Source: Octopus sinensis (Eukaryota). Taken from it: a stretch of 64,000 nucleotides of DNA. The number at the start of each line of letters is the position of its first letter. The first letter of the stretch is position 1. The DNA lies in assembly GCF_006345805.1 (NCBI RefSeq), contig NC_042999.1, positions 19,716,001-19,780,000 of the forward strand. The letters are read 5' to 3'. Made by a program: the position numbers and the translations under genes. This document shows, piece by piece, positions 61,601 through 64,000 of the stretch. The notes below the pieces were generated by a model, which ran no database searches, was not told where the DNA came from, and saw only the letters and a program-made list of their open reading frames with translations.

Positions 61601-62199
61601 ACTTACCCAAGGTGCCACGCTGTGGGACTGAACCCGGAACCATGTGGTTGGTAAGCAAGCTCTTACCACACAGCACTCCTACGCCTATATATTTTTACCG
61701 TCATAAAAAATATATATTTCTTTACTACCCACAAGGGGCTAAATACAGAGAGGACAAACAAGGACAGACAAACGGATTAAGTCGATTATATCGATCCCAG
61801 TGCGTAACTGGTACTTAATTTATCAACCCCGAAAGGATGAAAGGCAAAATTGACCTCGGCAGAATTTGAACTCAGAACGTAAAGACAGACGAAATACCTA
61901 TTTCTTTACTACCTACAAGCGGCTAAACACAGAGAGGACAAACAAGGACAGACAAACGGATTAAGTCGATTATATCGACCCCAGTGCGTAACTGGTACTT
62001 AATTTATCGACCCCAAAAGGATGAAAGGCAATGTCGACCAAGGCAGAATTTGAACTCAGAACGTAACGGCAGACGAATTACGGCTACGCATTCCGCCCGG
62101 CGTGCTAACGTTTCTGCCAGCTCGCCGCCGCACTGTCATAAAAAATATAACCACTACAATCATTATCAACAACATATTAGAAAATGAAATGTTTCTCAC

Positions 62200-62349
62200 C
62201 AGAATAATTACTGTAAATTGCTACAGTATTAAATCTGTATGTGTTTCTAAATTGTATTCTAATTTGAGGTTTCACTGCAATTTGATTATGAGAGGAAAAT
62301 AAATGCGAATAATTATTCCTCTCGTTCTGTATAAATTCATGATATTTCC
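62200..62349 (-). CDS. Receptor gene exon 2 (RKYHEF...KPQIRIQFRNTYRFNTVAIYSNYS)
   Basis: Long pyrimidine tract, tattcag|GG...TCTG|gtgag; 150 nt, phase 1-1, open. Confidence 0.78.
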
Positions 62350-63062
62350 CTGAATATAACGAAAAAGATAATTTTAGATTATTAAATTGAAAAATCGAAA
62401 AATGAAAACAAACATCAAATAACTTAAGAAAATATTCAGAGGGGTAATGGTATATTTTTGCTAACAAAAGTGATATTCACATTTGAATTACAACAAATAT
62501 TAAGGTTAAGAAGGTAGACATTTTCTTTCACTGTAGAAAAAAAAAACGTCGCCCTTTTCAAGCCTAGCCAGGTTCATGGGTCCGGTTTCCCTATTTTTGT
62601 GGCGTATGTGTTCCCCCCAAGGAACAAGAAGAGAGAGTGAGAGAAAGGTGTGGCGAAAGAATACAACAGGGGTCGCCACCACCCCTGCCGGAGCATCGTG
62701 AAGCTTTTAGGTGCTTTCGCTTTTAAAAACACACAACGCCCGATTTGGGAATCGAAACCGCGATCCTCTGACCGCAAGACCGCTGCCCTAACCACTGGGC
62801 CATTGCGCCTCCACAATGAAGTCTTAAGGGGCATATATTTCCTTATATTCAGAAGGCCTTAATATTTTCCCATGTCTTACTTAAAATTTCGATTTAGTCA
62901 GAATGAAAATGTTGAGAGTGAAATTCATGCTTTAAACAATTGTATTTATTATCAGAAATACGTGCCTGTATCTTCGGTCAACCCAGTTTTAAGGAAATTA
63001 CAATTTAAACAGAATATATATAAGAAGATAATCTTCAGTAATCCTGCTATTGCTTTACTTAC

Positions 63063-63200
63063 TTCTTTGGCAATATGGCAATTTATATCCAAGTGAGCAT
63101 CCTCTTTCACATTCACTAAGGATCCGGAAGCCACAGTCAGTAATGTTTTTACAGTGACACTGGAACTTTTGGTCTTTTCCAAATAAGTCAGTTCCGTAAT
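63063..63200 (-). CDS. Receptor gene exon 1 in window (EGF-like: LFGKDQKFQCHCKNITDCGFRILSECERGCSLGYKLPYCQ); gene start lies beyond the window
   Basis: tttctaaag|AT...AGAA|gtaagt; 138 nt, phase 1-1. Confidence 0.82.
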
Positions 63201-64000
63201 CTTTAGAAAGATAAAACACCAACAATATCTCAAAATTTCTTTCAACAATTCATAAAATTTATTTCGTTCATATTAATCTTTAGATTAACATAGGGTGAAG
63301 ATTCATACCTTATAAAGAACAAACTCAATGATGAGAACTAAATCAATCTACGTATTTACTTCTACGATGCTCTTCTATCTACTTTTAACATTAATTTATT
63401 ATACATCGCATAATTTTGGTCTCAGACATATAAAGGATATGACAATGAGGGAATAAGAAATACATATTCTGAGGTTTTAAGTTTATTTACATTAGGTGCA
63501 GGAGTGGCTGTGTGGTATGTAGCTTGCTTACCAGCCACATGGTTCCGGGTTCAGTCCCACTGCGTGGCATCTTGGGCAAGTGTCTTCTAATATAGCCCCG
63601 GGCCGACCAATGCCTTGTGAGTGGATTTGGTAGACGGAAACTGAAAGAAGCCTGTCGTATATATGTATATATATATATGTATGTGTGTGTATATGTTTGT
63701 GTGTGTGTTTGTCCCCCTAGCATTGCTTGACAACCGATGCTGGTGTGTTTACGTACCCGTCACTTAGCGGTTCGGCAAAAGGGACCGATAGAATAAGTAC
63801 TGGGCTTACAAAGAATAAGTCCCGGGGTCGATTTGCTCGACTAAGGGCGGTGCTCCAGCATGGCCGCAGTGAAATGACTGAAACAAGTAAAAGAGTAAGA
63901 GTATTTCCCTAATATCTAAAGACTCATTTTTTAATGACTCTTGTTATTTAGACATCACTCAATGATTAAAGGCTTTACATTCCGTTTCTACATTATCCAG

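Overview
Eukaryotic, repeat-dense DNA, almost certainly an octopus (coleoid) genome, inferred from the tRNA-derived SINE families and TA/CA microsatellites. Bases 1-19000 are a degenerate U2 snRNA tandem array: two apparently intact genes (3691, 17865), one with an 11-nt stem IIa deletion (8013), one interrupted (10009/15389) and one orphan upstream module (~1490-1695). The standout feature is a near full-length 5.36-kb Tx1/L1-group non-LTR retrotransposon (10020-15380; ORF1 with a CCHC knuckle, ORF2 APE-RT-zinc finger). It sits at the U2 transcription start, flanked by a 14-nt exact (about 18-19 nt imperfect) duplication spanning roughly -8..+11 of U2. This puts the element directly behind the U2 promoter and leaves a complete but promoterless U2 downstream, at a site different from the known U2-targeting Keno and Utopia families. 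The array spacers also carry Helitron-bounded fragments of a paralogous ORF1. Bases 33300-63200 hold nine phase-compatible exons of a minus-strand EGF/F-type-lectin transmembrane receptor gene, whose introns contain several long fold-back structures. Other elements: RTE, CR1-like, R4/Dong, Penelope (with hammerhead-like motifs), mariner, Merlin-like MITE, Gypsy gag and Helitron remnants. All alignments and translations were done by eye; no database searches were run.
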